Below, piece by piece: positions 24,578 through 36,830 of a stretch of 64,000 nt of DNA (positions within the stretch are counted from its first letter, which is position 1; every line of letters begins with the position of its first letter). The stretch covers positions 2,356,001 through 2,420,000 of the forward strand of contig NW_027271475.1 in assembly GCF_040938485.1 (NCBI RefSeq), in the 5' to 3' direction. The notes beneath the pieces are model-generated. The model searched no databases. It was not told the DNA's origin and saw nothing but the letters and a program-made list of their open reading frames with translations. Made by a program: the position numbers and the translations under genes. This DNA comes from Diadema antillarum (taxonomy: Eukaryota).

Positions 24578-25438
24578 AAGTGCGTATCAAAAAAAGGAGA
24601 AGATAATCCAACTTTGGAGGGCTACTTTTTCCCCGTTGCGGCAATACCTATAGTTATGTTGACAGGTGCCATGCGTGACTGAGCACATGAACTTCAGAGA
24701 CATCAAAGACAAATTGCACTTTTTCCAAGTTTGAGCGTTGTCGTGAAAAAAAAAACCGATTGAAATTACCTTACTGAATGGATGAGATCTGTCAATGAAA
24801 GTGTTCAAATTAACAGGCCAGCCTGCACAACTGTAGTTTTGTGTTTAGGGTTTCTTCTAACCTCTTATGTTCAATAAACCTTCATCATAATATAGCTATG
24901 TTGTCGATAACTTGGTCACTCCCACAAAGGCTAACCCATTATCCATTTTCTCTTTTCACATTTAACACATGGTTTGTCGCTGCGAGCTATGATAAATGTG
25001 TGGAACATGAACAGAGAAAAAAGTACTATATGGGCTCGCCTTTGGTGGGAGGGCCCAAGTTATCGGAAAGGTGGACATGTTGAGGGTTACGGACCATAAA
25101 ATGTTAGAAGAAACCCTATGCACAAACCCTAAACACAATCCTTCCCTCGTACAGGATGACCTATTTATTTGGCCACTTTTCTTTTGACAGATCTCATCCA
25201 TTCAGTGAGACATTCATTGTTCATAACAGTCAAACTTGGAACAAGTGTTATTTGTCATTGCTGTCTTTGAAGTTCATTCGCTCAGTCATGCATGACATTT
25301 GTAAACATAATTAGGTAAAAATGGAAAGAGGAAGAGTTCCTCTTTTTCCACAATCAACATTATGCTCTACATAGCCGACAAATATGAAATAGTAGCTCTC
25401 CAAAGTTGAATTGCTTTTTTTTTCTGATATACGCACTA
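24578..25438. mobile_element. Tc1/mariner-like foldback MITE
   Basis: TA-AAGTGCGTATC...ATACGCACTA-TA; ~300-bp imperfect inverted arms (e.g. CCAACTTTGGAGGGCTAC vs GTAGCTCTCCAAAGTTG); absent from the copy-4 intron. Confidence 0.75.
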
Positions 25439-25495
25439 TATAATGTACGCTGTGCGTGATATGGTATTTCAAGTTCAAGTTCAAGTTTTTATTAA

Positions 25496-25994
25496 CTCTT
25501 TATGTGCCACGTTCGCACGTCCGGCTCAGTCGATGGCGTGCCAACTTCGCATATTCCGCTCAACAAACAAAGCCGACAAAACCGATCGATAAATCGCTAA
25601 TCCTGCGGTACAATCAAAGCGTTTCTCGCGCTTTTGTTCCTCTCACATACGGCTTGCATTCTATGTGGTGATTTAACTATCAAGCGTCGTTCCCAACTAG
25701 ATTTGCGTGTACATTCTAAGTTTATGTCACTATTTTATGTTCAAAAGTCATGCCTTTACAGTAATGTAGCAATTGGTCATTCAAAAGAAAAATTGCAAAT
25801 AGAATTGTTATACATTGTATATGAAAGCAAAGTTTGGCATTCCTCTTAACCTTGCTCACTATTATGTCCAGTTTAACAGCAATTCGTAGAAGTTATACAG
25901 ATTGGAAAAACAAAATTCTTTCTCAAAGCATGACTACCTTCGTGTCTCAGAATAACGTGGCACATAGGGGGTTTCCACCATGGCACATAAAGAG
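25496..25994. mobile_element. piggyBac-like MITE nested in the LINE 3' end
   Basis: TTAA-CTCTTTATGTGCCA...TGGCACATAAAGAG-TTAA (perfect 14-bp TIR, TTAA on both sides). Confidence 0.85.
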
Positions 25995-26159
25995 TTAAAC
26001 ACTTGGCATAAAACATACAAAGATACATCTTACAAAATAAGACAATACAAAGATCATGACACTTCATGTAAAGAAATTATGCTGTAACTAATCAGCAGAA
26101 AGGGCGAGGCCTTATATAAAAGCTGAGACCCTGAGACAATCATAACAATTATACATTTA

Positions 26160-26186
<27 letters not shown>
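26160..26186 (+). repeat. (CA)n microsatellite in the LINE 3' UTR
   Basis: Direct reading. Confidence 0.95.
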
Positions 26187-26190
<4 letters not shown>

Positions 26191-27498
26191 CAGACGCAGT
26201 AATCACATGACAGTATAACTGTATAGAATTAGAATGTACAGATTACCTGATCATACACACAATCAATGTTCTAATCATATAGATGATGTAGTTTTCTATG
26301 AAAATTATTGCACATTATTCAACAAATATTGTTTATATCTCCTTTTGAAACAGTTTAAACTTTGACTTTTCTGAATGGTTTCTGGCAAATGATTCCAAAT
26401 GTGCGGTCCTGAGAAAAATACAGATCTCTTGTACACAGATGTTCTAATTTGTGGCAAATGGAAATTATTTACATTTCTTGTATTATATATAACAGTGAAC
26501 ACTTTTATTCAGTTTAAAACACTCTAGAAGAGACTTTGGTAATAAGTTATTTTGGCAAGAAAGCATAAAAATTGCAACTTGAAATTTATACATATCATAA
26601 ATATTAAGAAACTTCAACTTTAAAAACAAAGGTCTTGTATGTGCAAGATAGGGTGAATGGCAAATAATTCTGAAAGCCCTTTTTTGGAGTTAAAAAAGCC
26701 TGTTCATATTTTTCTCACTTGAATTTCCCCAAGCAGGTAAACGATAATTTAAATGAGGTACAATTAATGAAATTTCTTGAGGGAACCTTTCATCCTATTC
26801 AAAACACCCAAACACTTTGCAATCTTCAAATTGCAAATTACACCAATGTGATCATTCCAAGATAATTTGTCATCAATAACAATTCCTAAAAACTTTACGG
26901 AAGAAACTCTTATAATGATATAACTTCCAACTTTATTTCAATAATTTCTGTATTCACTTGTCGATTTGTAAAAACCATCAATTTTGTCTTTTTATAATTC
27001 AAAACCAATTTATTGATATGAAACCAATTTACCAATTTATCAAACAGTATTAATATGAATTGTATTTATTACGATTATTGTGATTTCACTATCAACATTA
27101 GTCAGTCAGTCCAGTCAAGTCACGCTCATGCCTACGGACTCCTGCTTCCTTGTTGAATCAAATGTAGACTACTGCCTTTTTTTATCTATATGATGCCATA
27201 AATGTTTTGTAATGATTATGTTATGATACGGCCCTTTTATACTGTTCCTTTGATTTAAGCGTTACGTTTTCAGAGTTTGGTTTAATTTTCACAACTATGT
27301 AATTTTATTTTTATCTTTATTTGAGAAGCAGAATGAATGCTAACAAACGAAGGAAACGAGCATTATCGTTGTAAATACAATCAACAATAGGCGAGCGATT
27401 GAAACATAAAGGCCAAATCAAACCAGTTTATAGAAGACGCTTCAGAACATGATGAACCCATATTGTGAAACAGGAGGGAGAAAAAAGAATCCCTACAG

Positions 27499-27946
27499 CA
27501 GGGCTCGACACTAACGGTGGCCCGGTGGCCCGGGGCCACCAAAAATGAAAGTCGGGCCACCAAATTTCAAAAAAGGGCAAATTTGGTGGCCCGCCTCGGG
27601 TCACCAAAATTTTTTGGAAAAGTATGTCAATAAATTCGTAACTTTTTGCGCCGGAAATTAGCAGTTAAATTTGTTCAAAGGATGGATGAAAAGGACTGAA
27701 TGAATGCCTGAGAGTGAGTGTTGCAAGTTTGTTGAAGTTTATTTATGAGTAGATATGTCCAACTTCTAATTCTTACTATCATAAATCTAAGATATTTGAC
27801 TCATTAAAAAAAAAGGACTTTTAATGTTTTTTATTGTTGTTTTTTTCGGGACACCAAATTTTTCTCTCGGGCCACCAAAAATTTGAAATTTAGGATTTTG
27901 GTGGCCCCATCGGGCCACCAAACAAAAAAGTTAGTGTCGAGCCATG
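27499..27946. mobile_element. hAT-like MITE
   Basis: TIR CAGGGCTCGACACTAAC / GTTAGTGTCGAGCCATG (16/17); CCTACAG direct repeat on both flanks; internal GGGCCACCA repeats; absent from the paralog near 17590. Confidence 0.8.
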
Positions 27947-29022
27947 CCTACAGTATTAGTGATTCAATGTACAGGGCAAGACCCACAAGCATAATACGAT
28001 TCAGATTGACTGAAGTGTTAGCGAAGTGAAATATGTGATACCATTCGTAAAATATAAGAAAGTATATTATTTTTTTCTTTGCCCTTTCCAAGAGAAAACA
28101 AATGCAAAATAAGAGCGCTGCAAACGTCTTCCTGTGAACATGTTGGTGAATAAATAATTGTACGAAATTTTCGTCACAATTCAATAGACACTATGTATAA
28201 GATCTAAGAAGGAAAAGTTTCGACAAAAATTGCTTGTGCAACAACCTAAAAAGCCTGTGTCTATTAAAGGGATCAGAACTTTGAGGAGACAAACGTTGAG
28301 AACCCTCCTCACGAGGAAATTTGCTTGCTTGAAATGGTTGAGGTACTGCCACGACATTTCTGTCTTCTTGTCTGTTTTTTTTTTCTTTTTCAGAAAAAGT
28401 CCTGATATCATGGTCTAACTTACCTTCGGACAATCTCTGTAGTTTTTCCTACACTAAACCAGTGGGACCTAGCACTACCATTGTAATTGCCCATAGAGAT
28501 GTAATATTAAATATGTATATAATTATCTCTACGTTATTGTCCAAAAACATGTTATACACCCATTTTCTACACCTGGTTCAAGAAGGAAATTGAAGGCACC
28601 ATTTGCCAAAGAATGTAACCCCAAGAAAGAGCCCGAACACTGGACCTTTCTTGGACGTCAAAAACCATTACACGTCACATATAATACTTCATATCGAACA
28701 CATCTTTAGGGTGAGGACAACGTTTGAACAGAATCTCTTTCGACAACAATCTGAGGAATTACACCAAAAAAACACAAACATTTATGTTCCTGGATTTTAC
28801 AGAACAGGGTAGGCCTATTGAGATTTTGATGATCATTCTTACTCTTTTAATGTTCAATATCCTCACTTTTAAGGGACTTTTGTATGGAATATTGTCGGGA
28901 AGGGGGACAAAATAAAACTAAATTGAGCGAACTAAACAAATCAGTGATATTACATTTAGTTGAAGAATGGTCAACACAAAGAAGAAAATCGAAAACTAAT
29001 TTTTAAAAAGTCTTGTTCTCAC

Positions 29023-29460
29023 CTGACGACGTAGCAGGATATTAAGTAACCCGAGAAGCCGAGATAATATTCTCACAAGAAATCAAACCTGAAGCTACGG
29101 TTCATGCTTGACGGACGTCTTCATCTTTGCATGTTGTGCAGGACCCTTATATCTGGACACCATTCCACAATTCTCGCTGTCATGCAAAATTAATTCGTGT
29201 TGCGTCCAATGAGCGACCATTATGGGGCTGTTCCATGGAACGACATACACATCTTCTCCTTCTCCTGCGCGCATGCGCGTCAGTGGATAAAATAAGGCCA
29301 TTCAAAAAGAAATATACTGGCTGCTCGCTACGGTATTGAAATTTGTGTTGTACAGAATCCGTTCTGATGATTGATCGAGCTGGTGAATTTATCTGGCTAC
29401 CTTTCTTTTTCTCTGCCGACATCTCTTTATTCCTTTCAATGGCAAGCGCTGAGCATCTTT
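29023..29460 (-). promoter_or_regulatory. Candidate promoter and non-coding exon 1 of GPCR copy 5 (class II)
   Basis: Donor CAG|GTGAGA (GT at 29022); GATATAA (29147-29153); CCAAT (29206-29210); CGCGCATGCGCG (29268-29279). Acceptor TTTCAG at 23615. Confidence 0.65.
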
Positions 29461-30710
29461 CTATTGGCAATTAGGCATGTACGTTTCAGAACGACGTGAT
29501 ATGCAATATACAATCACAATATACAATAACAATATACAAGCATGCTTTTTGGTGGACCTCTCCATTCCTTTTTTTTTTCTTTATTCTCAAAAAACATAAC
29601 TATGTATTTTGCCACAATGCATGTATTGCGATCTCAGAATTGCGATGACAGAAGATCATCCAACTCCTCGTCTCTCGTGTTTCAACATTGCATGTTGAGC
29701 AATAATTCTCAATCGACACCCCATACTTGATTTGTCTCTGCTTTCTCGAGTAACGTATCCTCCTTACCATCCGGCTCCGCATTCAACTTCGTGATTCGAA
29801 GCAATTTAATACTCTATGAAACAGAGACAAATTTAAGTAAATGCAGTCTCTATTTGCTCAACATGCAATGTTGGAAATATCGAATCAAAACACGAGCGAC
29901 GGGGAGTTGAATACTGTAATCTTCTGTCAAGATTTTATGCAGGAGCTCGCAGAAGGCTGAGGGAGTTAAGTCTATACTGTAAGAAACGATGTAAGTGATT
30001 CCGGGCGGCCTGTTTAGTTCCAGAACTAGGCTTAGGCCTAGGATAGGCCTAATTCGTAGTTGACTAGCCCCAGATATAGACATAGCTAGTTACTAGTTAG
30101 ACCTAGTCTTAAACGATGAGTTATCAACCAATTAACTGCTCTGTATTCGGATGGTGGTGGATATTATCACTCCCTCGGTGCTTTTCTTTTCGGTATGAAA
30201 TGCACCTTGGGAATGATAATTTACACCATCATCCCAACGAGCAGTCAATATTTGTATAGGGCCTACTATCAGACGATTTGACTTTCTATCAGAGGGTTTT
30301 TGTTTTCTATCACTTGACCTTAGGCCAAGAGATAGAAAGTCAAACCCAGAGGCAATGATAGACGGAACTGCACCAAGTCACATGATAAACTTTTGACAAA
30401 TCAGTGATAAGAATCTTAATGAGGTATAGGCCCTATAGTTTCTATCATTTTCAAAGATATCGAAGGTACTAAAGGTTTTCCCAGAGAGAGAGAGAGGGGG
30501 GGGGGTGTCCAGTTTAAGATTTGCATCCTGCTGTTCACGTGGAGTGGGAATAGCGTCTGATCATGGCCATATTATCACCGGGACGAGGACTAGAACGAAC
30601 AAGACTAGAATACGAAGAGGGACTGTCCTACCCACAGCGCATTGCGTTTCGGGCAAGCGAGGCTGCTGTGGCCGCCGGGGACATGATGTAAACGCAGCAT
30701 GAGGCTGGAT

Positions 30711-31884
30711 CCCAGCTAACATTTGGTCTGAACGTTTTTGAAACGTTCCAAGTTCGTTATTTGGAAGTTTTTTTCAAAAACGTTTTCAGAACGTGTTTTT
30801 GTGGAAGGTTTTTGACGTATTTAAAACATCTCAAATGGACGTGATAAAAACGCCTTTTAAACGTTTAAAAGACTAATAAAATACCTTTCAGAATTTTTAA
30901 GGATCTGCAGAAAACCTTTTGGACATCATAGACGTCAGAGAACATTTTAGATTTCTGTAGACGTTCTGCGGACGTCCATAATACATTTGAAAACCGTCTA
31001 GAATGTTCAAAAACGTTTTAAGAATGTGTAAAAAGTCTTATGACCCTTTTTGGAACGTTTAGAGAATCTTTCATATCCGTGTAATTGTTGAAGCCACAAA
31101 TGTAAAAACGCCCACTTATGAGAACGTCCAGAAAACCTTTTTAGAACGTCTATTGTTTAGTTTTAATTGGGCATTAAAAAGAACAGTTGTGAGGTTATAC
31201 AGGCACAATCTGGGATTAATGTACCCTAATCCTAATCCTACAATCCTATCCGAACTTTTTCCTAATGTCCTATCACCTACTTAGTATACCTACTACATCC
31301 TATTCCCAGTTGATGAATGTATATCACATTCTTTTATATACCGGTAGAAATGTTTTAATGCATGAAGACATGGTTACTTAAAATAAACCACACAGGTCTA
31401 ATAACACAATTTGAAATTGTGAATAACTGAACAATAACGTAGGTACAATTTTAACACAAAAAGTTTGAACCCAGTGTAAGTACTGTAGAATTCAATGTCT
31501 TTTATCTATTTCCACTAGTTTTCAAATTTTACATATTCCATTTAAATATTCATCAATATGCATGAATATTCATGATAAAGAAACCAATGACGAAGACGTA
31601 GCAGACCAAATAAAAACGTTTTTAAACGTTCATTACAGACGAAGTCAAAACGTTTTGTGGACATTTATAAATGACGAAGAGGTAGCAGACATAATAAAAA
31701 CGTTTTGTAACGCCCATTAACTTTTTAAAAATGTTTTCCAAAAAGCCTGTGCTTTGCGGTAAATTCTAAGTCCCAACTTGACGTTATATGTACGTTTTAA
31801 AAACGTCCATTTTAAACGAAGACTTGGGGAACCTTAAAAAAAAACGTTTGGGAAACGTTCTGAAAACGTTATGTGTTTGCTTGG
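30711..31884. mobile_element. Non-autonomous DNA element with CCCAGC termini (CACTA/EnSpm-like, tentative)
   Basis: CCCAGCTAACA...TGTTTGCTTGG (9/11 inverted match); many AAAACGTT subterminal repeats; absent from the unit-4 paralog. Confidence 0.6.
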
Positions 31885-32974
31885 ACAGTACCGGCTGAGC
31901 CATTTCACCATGCAGAAGATCAGGTTATAGAGAGGGCAAGAGTAATGATAATGAAGAAAATTATGAGTGTTGGTAACTGTCTGAGATGAACACTACTCCC
32001 TTTGTATATATCATGAAACGTCCTTCCAGCAGAAAAAAACCCACCGTACTTTCATTTTGTTATTTTATTCATAATAGAAGACAGCATGAATACGGGAGAA
32101 GTAAAAGGGCGTGCTCAATGAAACAATTGATGAAAAAGGATTCAAAGTTCAAGAAGACTTAATTTGATTCATATGAGATGTCGAAAAATGAAGCCACAAG
32201 TAGACAACATGATAACGGGATTTTTTCCCTTCAAATCTATAATTTCCTCAAACCTATCGGCATTCTGAAGTATAGATAAGAATACGACTGATACGAGAAG
32301 TTTCGGTAGTTCAATAAAATCATTGTACCCACATTTTCGAAACAAAATAAGACTATCTGAGAATGGTACAAATCTGCATCATTTCTATTGGCCACATGGC
32401 AGCAAATAAGGAGACATTTATTCGATCCTGAATTTATGTTCTTCGGCCTAGTACCATCTAGAAAGGTTAAATCGCTTTCCCGTCAAAGAACTGCATAGCA
32501 TTGTTACTGAGATACCATCCGGAAATTCCTAAGGATTCTGTTATGAACTGCGCGACAGTTGTTTGTTTGTTTTTTGTGTTTTTGTGTTGTTTGTTTGTTT
32601 GTTTGTTTGTTTTTGCTGGAATGGAGCTAATAAAATGTTCTTCGTTTTTTGTTTTTTTACATCATAGTATCTGTTTATCCTTATCATTAATCAATTTTCT
32701 TATCTTGTTATATATTCCGTAAAGCCTGTAAGTCTAGATATCCTCAGATATCGATTTTAATACCATAAGACAATCATCCAAGTGACGGAAAAGGGAGGAT
32801 TTTTTTGTGACATTCATATTCTTGTCTCCAAAACCAATGTTTGTTCAGGTTTTTTTAATACGTGATGTATCGGTTGTAACAAAATGAATATCAGCCCTCA
32901 CTGCAGTGGAATCTAACACTGGAGAGTTTGGTTGGAATATTGAAATAGTTTGACAATAAACGTTGACGGTGAAG

Positions 32975-33306
32975 GTTTGTTTGATTGTTTGTTTGTTTGC
33001 TTGTTCATTTCCCATCTGTGAAGATGGCTGGATAGCCCATATTCAGCTATGCTAAGCTGGTCTTCCATGGGGTCCAGTTGGATGTGAGGTGGGACCACTT
33101 CACCGGGTTAAACACCCTGCTCTTTGCGATGAATGAATGAAGCGGGATTTTTTACGTGCATGAGCTGTGACTCTCTCATACACTCATGTCCTATCCGAGG
33201 GACAGAGTGTTTTGGGGGACGGTATGTTTGCTGAGTCCAGACTCGGGTTCGAACCCTGGTCCTTAGGATCGTGAGGCAGACGCGCTACCGACTGCGCCAA
33301 CTCACC
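32975..33306 (-). mobile_element. tRNA-derived SINE
   Basis: Minus-strand head with A box TGGCGCAGTCGG and B box GGTTCGAACCC but a broken anticodon stem; body contains GTCCCTCGGATAGGAC; (CAAA)n tail. Confidence 0.8.
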
Positions 33307-35169
33307 AAGGTGAGAGTCCTGCAGAGATCTTGTTGCGGTAGCTCGCATTTCTGCATAAGTTATCATACGACTCGACCTTGATGGACGAGTTCAGGTACCT
33401 TCTGATACACCATCTCCATAGGGAAAAGAGTAATATCCTTTACCAGAGGATAGGAGCACCACGAAAGTTTCGAATTCATGACCTCATTTTTTAGAGTCCG
33501 GAGCCTCAGAATTATTCTGCACTTATACAGGGGGAACTACCTCAGGATATATACACATTCCACATGCTATATTGGCCAGAATTAATTCTAGCCACATTGA
33601 CATTTTGGTACTCCTGGTGTTGTAAAAATATAAAGTAGACTTTACATTTTTCAAATTGTTTTGGCTTGTTTTGTTCTAAAGTTCTCTATTGGAGTCTTTT
33701 CCATCTGCGCATACATGAATGGAAAACATTATGATACATATCAACAAATCTTTCAATGAGAGTCTTCCATGAGAAAAGTAAAAGTAAAGTAAAAGTAAAG
33801 GAAATATGATATATGGGCAGATTCTAAAAGAGCAGACTTTAAGCTTTATAGAATTATGTATAAATCAATTCAAATGGAGAAGTGTGTATACTGACAAAAG
33901 AGGCTCTGAAATACAAGGCCTATTCAAGCACTTAATCTTACCAAGCGTGCTCTGTGCAATGTATGAGACAAAAAAGGGTATAAAACGACATGGCAACAAC
34001 AATGAAAGCATTATAATATTAAACTGAAACTGAATATGCTCTGTAAACACATTATATCCATAATCAATACCAGCTTTCAAGGCAGTAGCATCATCCTTTC
34101 AAAAGTTATTAGAGTGGAAAGTTAAGAGTGTGTAAACGGTTTTTAAGAAATTAAAAGGGGCCTGTAAAATTTACCTAACGTAAATCACACTATTCTACAA
34201 AAGACAATGTTCTAGAAAAACTGCTTAAAACACAAATTCCCGTTCGTTCTATGAACCCAAACCTTAGAACAATGTAGAAGGATTGTTCTTTCAGATAATA
34301 TGAAAAACTCAAGATTGACTAGATTGACCGGTTTCACCTGTTTTGAGTCCTTGCTTAAGTGCGTGTGGTGATGCACGGTCACAATTAATTATAACCTTTG
34401 AATCCCTTTTGCCGTATTTAGAATTTGTGTTCATATTTCATAAGGTATAGGTATTGTAACTTTAGGTGCTTGTTTAAAATTGTAATGGTGACGTTTACAT
34501 TTGTAGATCAATACAACAATCATTCAAATACATTTGTCATCTAAAACTATCATCACAACTCAATTACTATGTTGCATTGAGGTCAATAGAATAATTGTCC
34601 ATGTTAGATAGAACGAATACCTTCTTTTTTTCGTAAAAGGAACTGTTTTGTCCAGCTTTCGTGCAGAACGGTGTATTTGTTTAATGGATGTGAATAATTG
34701 GGTTGAAACTACAACCTCTTATGTTCATACTGCCGTTGTTACAATACATTGATTTCTCTAAAACTATTCATAAACATGGCAATTAAATGATCTCGTGCTA
34801 ATAACTCACTCTTTCGAATTGAGGCAGATACAAACAACTGAATAATAATAGTTTTGTCAGTTATTGCAACATTAATGACAGTTTTCATGACAGTCGTAAA
34901 AAGAGACAAAACGATAAACTGGCCTGGAATTCCTTCGAAGCTCATAAGCGATATTCCAACGCATGACTATGTATTTCAAAAGATCACTGAGCTTATTTGA
35001 TTTTCGTTTTATGTCGTTTGCCAGTCGCACGAACCATTACTGTTTTCAACTTTGTCTGCTATTTTCATTGTGGTAATACGCTTATTTTATGTCATGATTG
35101 TGTAAACAGATAACTCATATTGCGCGACAGCAGTATGTAGGTCTACACCACGGTTGCAGTCGCAGACTT

Positions 35170-35320
35170 NNNNNNNNNNNNNNNNNNNNNNNNNNNNNNN
35201 NNNNNNNNNNNNNNNNNNNNNNNNNNNNNNNNNNNNNNNNNNNNNNNNNNNNNNNNNNNNNNNNNNNNNNNNNNNNNNNNNNNNNNNNNNNNNNNNNNNN
35301 NNNNNNNNNNNNNNNNNNNN
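35170..35320. other. Assembly gap (151 N)
   Basis: Run of N characters. Confidence 1.
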
Positions 35321-36272
35321 TATCATTTTGTATTCATAGCTAATATTACAATATTTTCATCTTATTGCATAAAAATATCTGTAAGCTTGAGACAAAAAAA
35401 AAAAGAAAATGGCGTGCATGAATAAAAAAAACCCCGAGTGTTCAATCAATGCGATTATGTGACAATAATTTATCGACCATGTCGAAACTTGATTATCACA
35501 TACAAACGACGTATTTTCCTATACAGGCATTATATTCTATGTCTAGAATTAAAACAGTGATTTACTAGTTCTTTTTCTTGAATAATGAAGTAATCTAGAG
35601 ATCAAGTCTGATATTTTAATGTGTGACTTTCTTGAATAGGGACGTCAAATGTATTCATTTTGATTAAAAAAGTGTAATATCACACAAGCAGAGCATTTAG
35701 GCCTAACGAGTCAAGTTAAAGTCGGAGAGAAAAGAATTATGAAATTTGACAGAAAACCGATTTTTCGCTGCTGAGTAAAACAGATCGCAGGCAATATTAT
35801 ATAAACTGAAAAAAAAAATGACGGCATCACGATTTAACGTCTTCCATTCGTTTGAATATTAAAGACGACACGGAATCGTTCTTTTATGACATTGTCATTT
35901 ATATGGAATGATTCCGTGATAATTCGGCTACTTTCTGTCGACGTTCTCGTCGTTGGCATCTATTCGTCTCAAAAGACGTAGACGATGGTGTAGCGCCAGA
36001 TAATGGTTCGCATCGCTTTGGGCGGCTGACTAGTCGCATCCACTCTTGAATAGCAATCTCTGGAGCACATGCAGCGGATGTTTGTTGGCGCCGAGGCTGA
36101 GGCTGCCCTTGCCTTCCCCTTGGTTCTCTTGTCAGCCACCAGCTACTTCGATACAATATAATTCATGTAAATCATAAATTCTTCTTGCTACTGATACATC
36201 AAGAGGAGGAGAACTTAGCGCTTTAATAGTGAAGATTTACTGTAATGTGAATGTACTTTTTGTATGCCTCTC

Positions 36273-36830
36273 AAGACAAGTTCACCTTCATAGACATGTG
36301 GGTTAAGTGAGTGCAGCAATATTAGTAGAACATATCAATGAGAGTTTGAGGAAAATCGGACGATCCGTTCAAAAGTTATGAATTTTTGAAGTTTCTGCTC
36401 AGTCAGGGCTGGATGAGAAGACTACTATAGCTTGTGATGTCATATGAGTACAACTATATAAAGAAGGTATAAAGAAAATTCAAGATATTCTCATTTTTCT
36501 CACATAATAAAAGAACACTCGACTTCTCTCTTTCAGAAGTCGGGGGAATAATATCACCCCTAACATAAGTCAGTAACAAGTCGAGGAAATGTTCACTTTA
36601 CTCAAAAAGTCAAGTTTTGTGAAATTCTCTTTTTATTTTCCTTATATCGTTGTACGCATGTGACATCATGCACTGCAGTAGTCTTCTCCTCCAGCAGTGA
36701 TTGCACAGATATTTTAAAAATTCATAGCTTTTGAACGGATTGTCGGATTTTCCCAAAACTTTCACTGATGTGTTCTACTAACATTGTTGCCTTCACTCAA
36801 TCCACATGTATATGACGGTGAAATTGTCCT
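36273..36830. mobile_element. TTAA MITE family B, second copy
   Basis: Homologous to 11251-11820; right end GTCCT-TTAA intact, left end mutated. Confidence 0.78.

Larger units (their letters stand above)
25468..27070 (-). mobile_element. 5'-truncated CR1/L2-group LINE (RT C-terminal half), interrupted by a MITE
   Basis: Minus-strand peptides NWFHINKLVLNYKKTKLMVF, KFLGIVIDDKLSWNDHI, PHLNY..AWG..LQKRAFRII, YNTRN..HLPQIRT..KRSVFFSGPHIWNHLP..FKRRYK, with frameshifts; tail AATAAAAA(CTTGAA)3. Confidence 0.88.

Noticed and set aside
21286-32615. (CAAA)n at the end of unit 4 versus (GTTT)n at the end of unit 5, suggesting a micro-inversion
   Set aside because: Low-complexity sequence; the similarity is not diagnostic.
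33236-33306. Functional tRNA gene
   Set aside because: Anticodon and acceptor stems do not pair, and it continues into a SINE body and tail.
35087-35343. ORFs spanning the N run
   Set aside because: Artefacts of the assembly gap.
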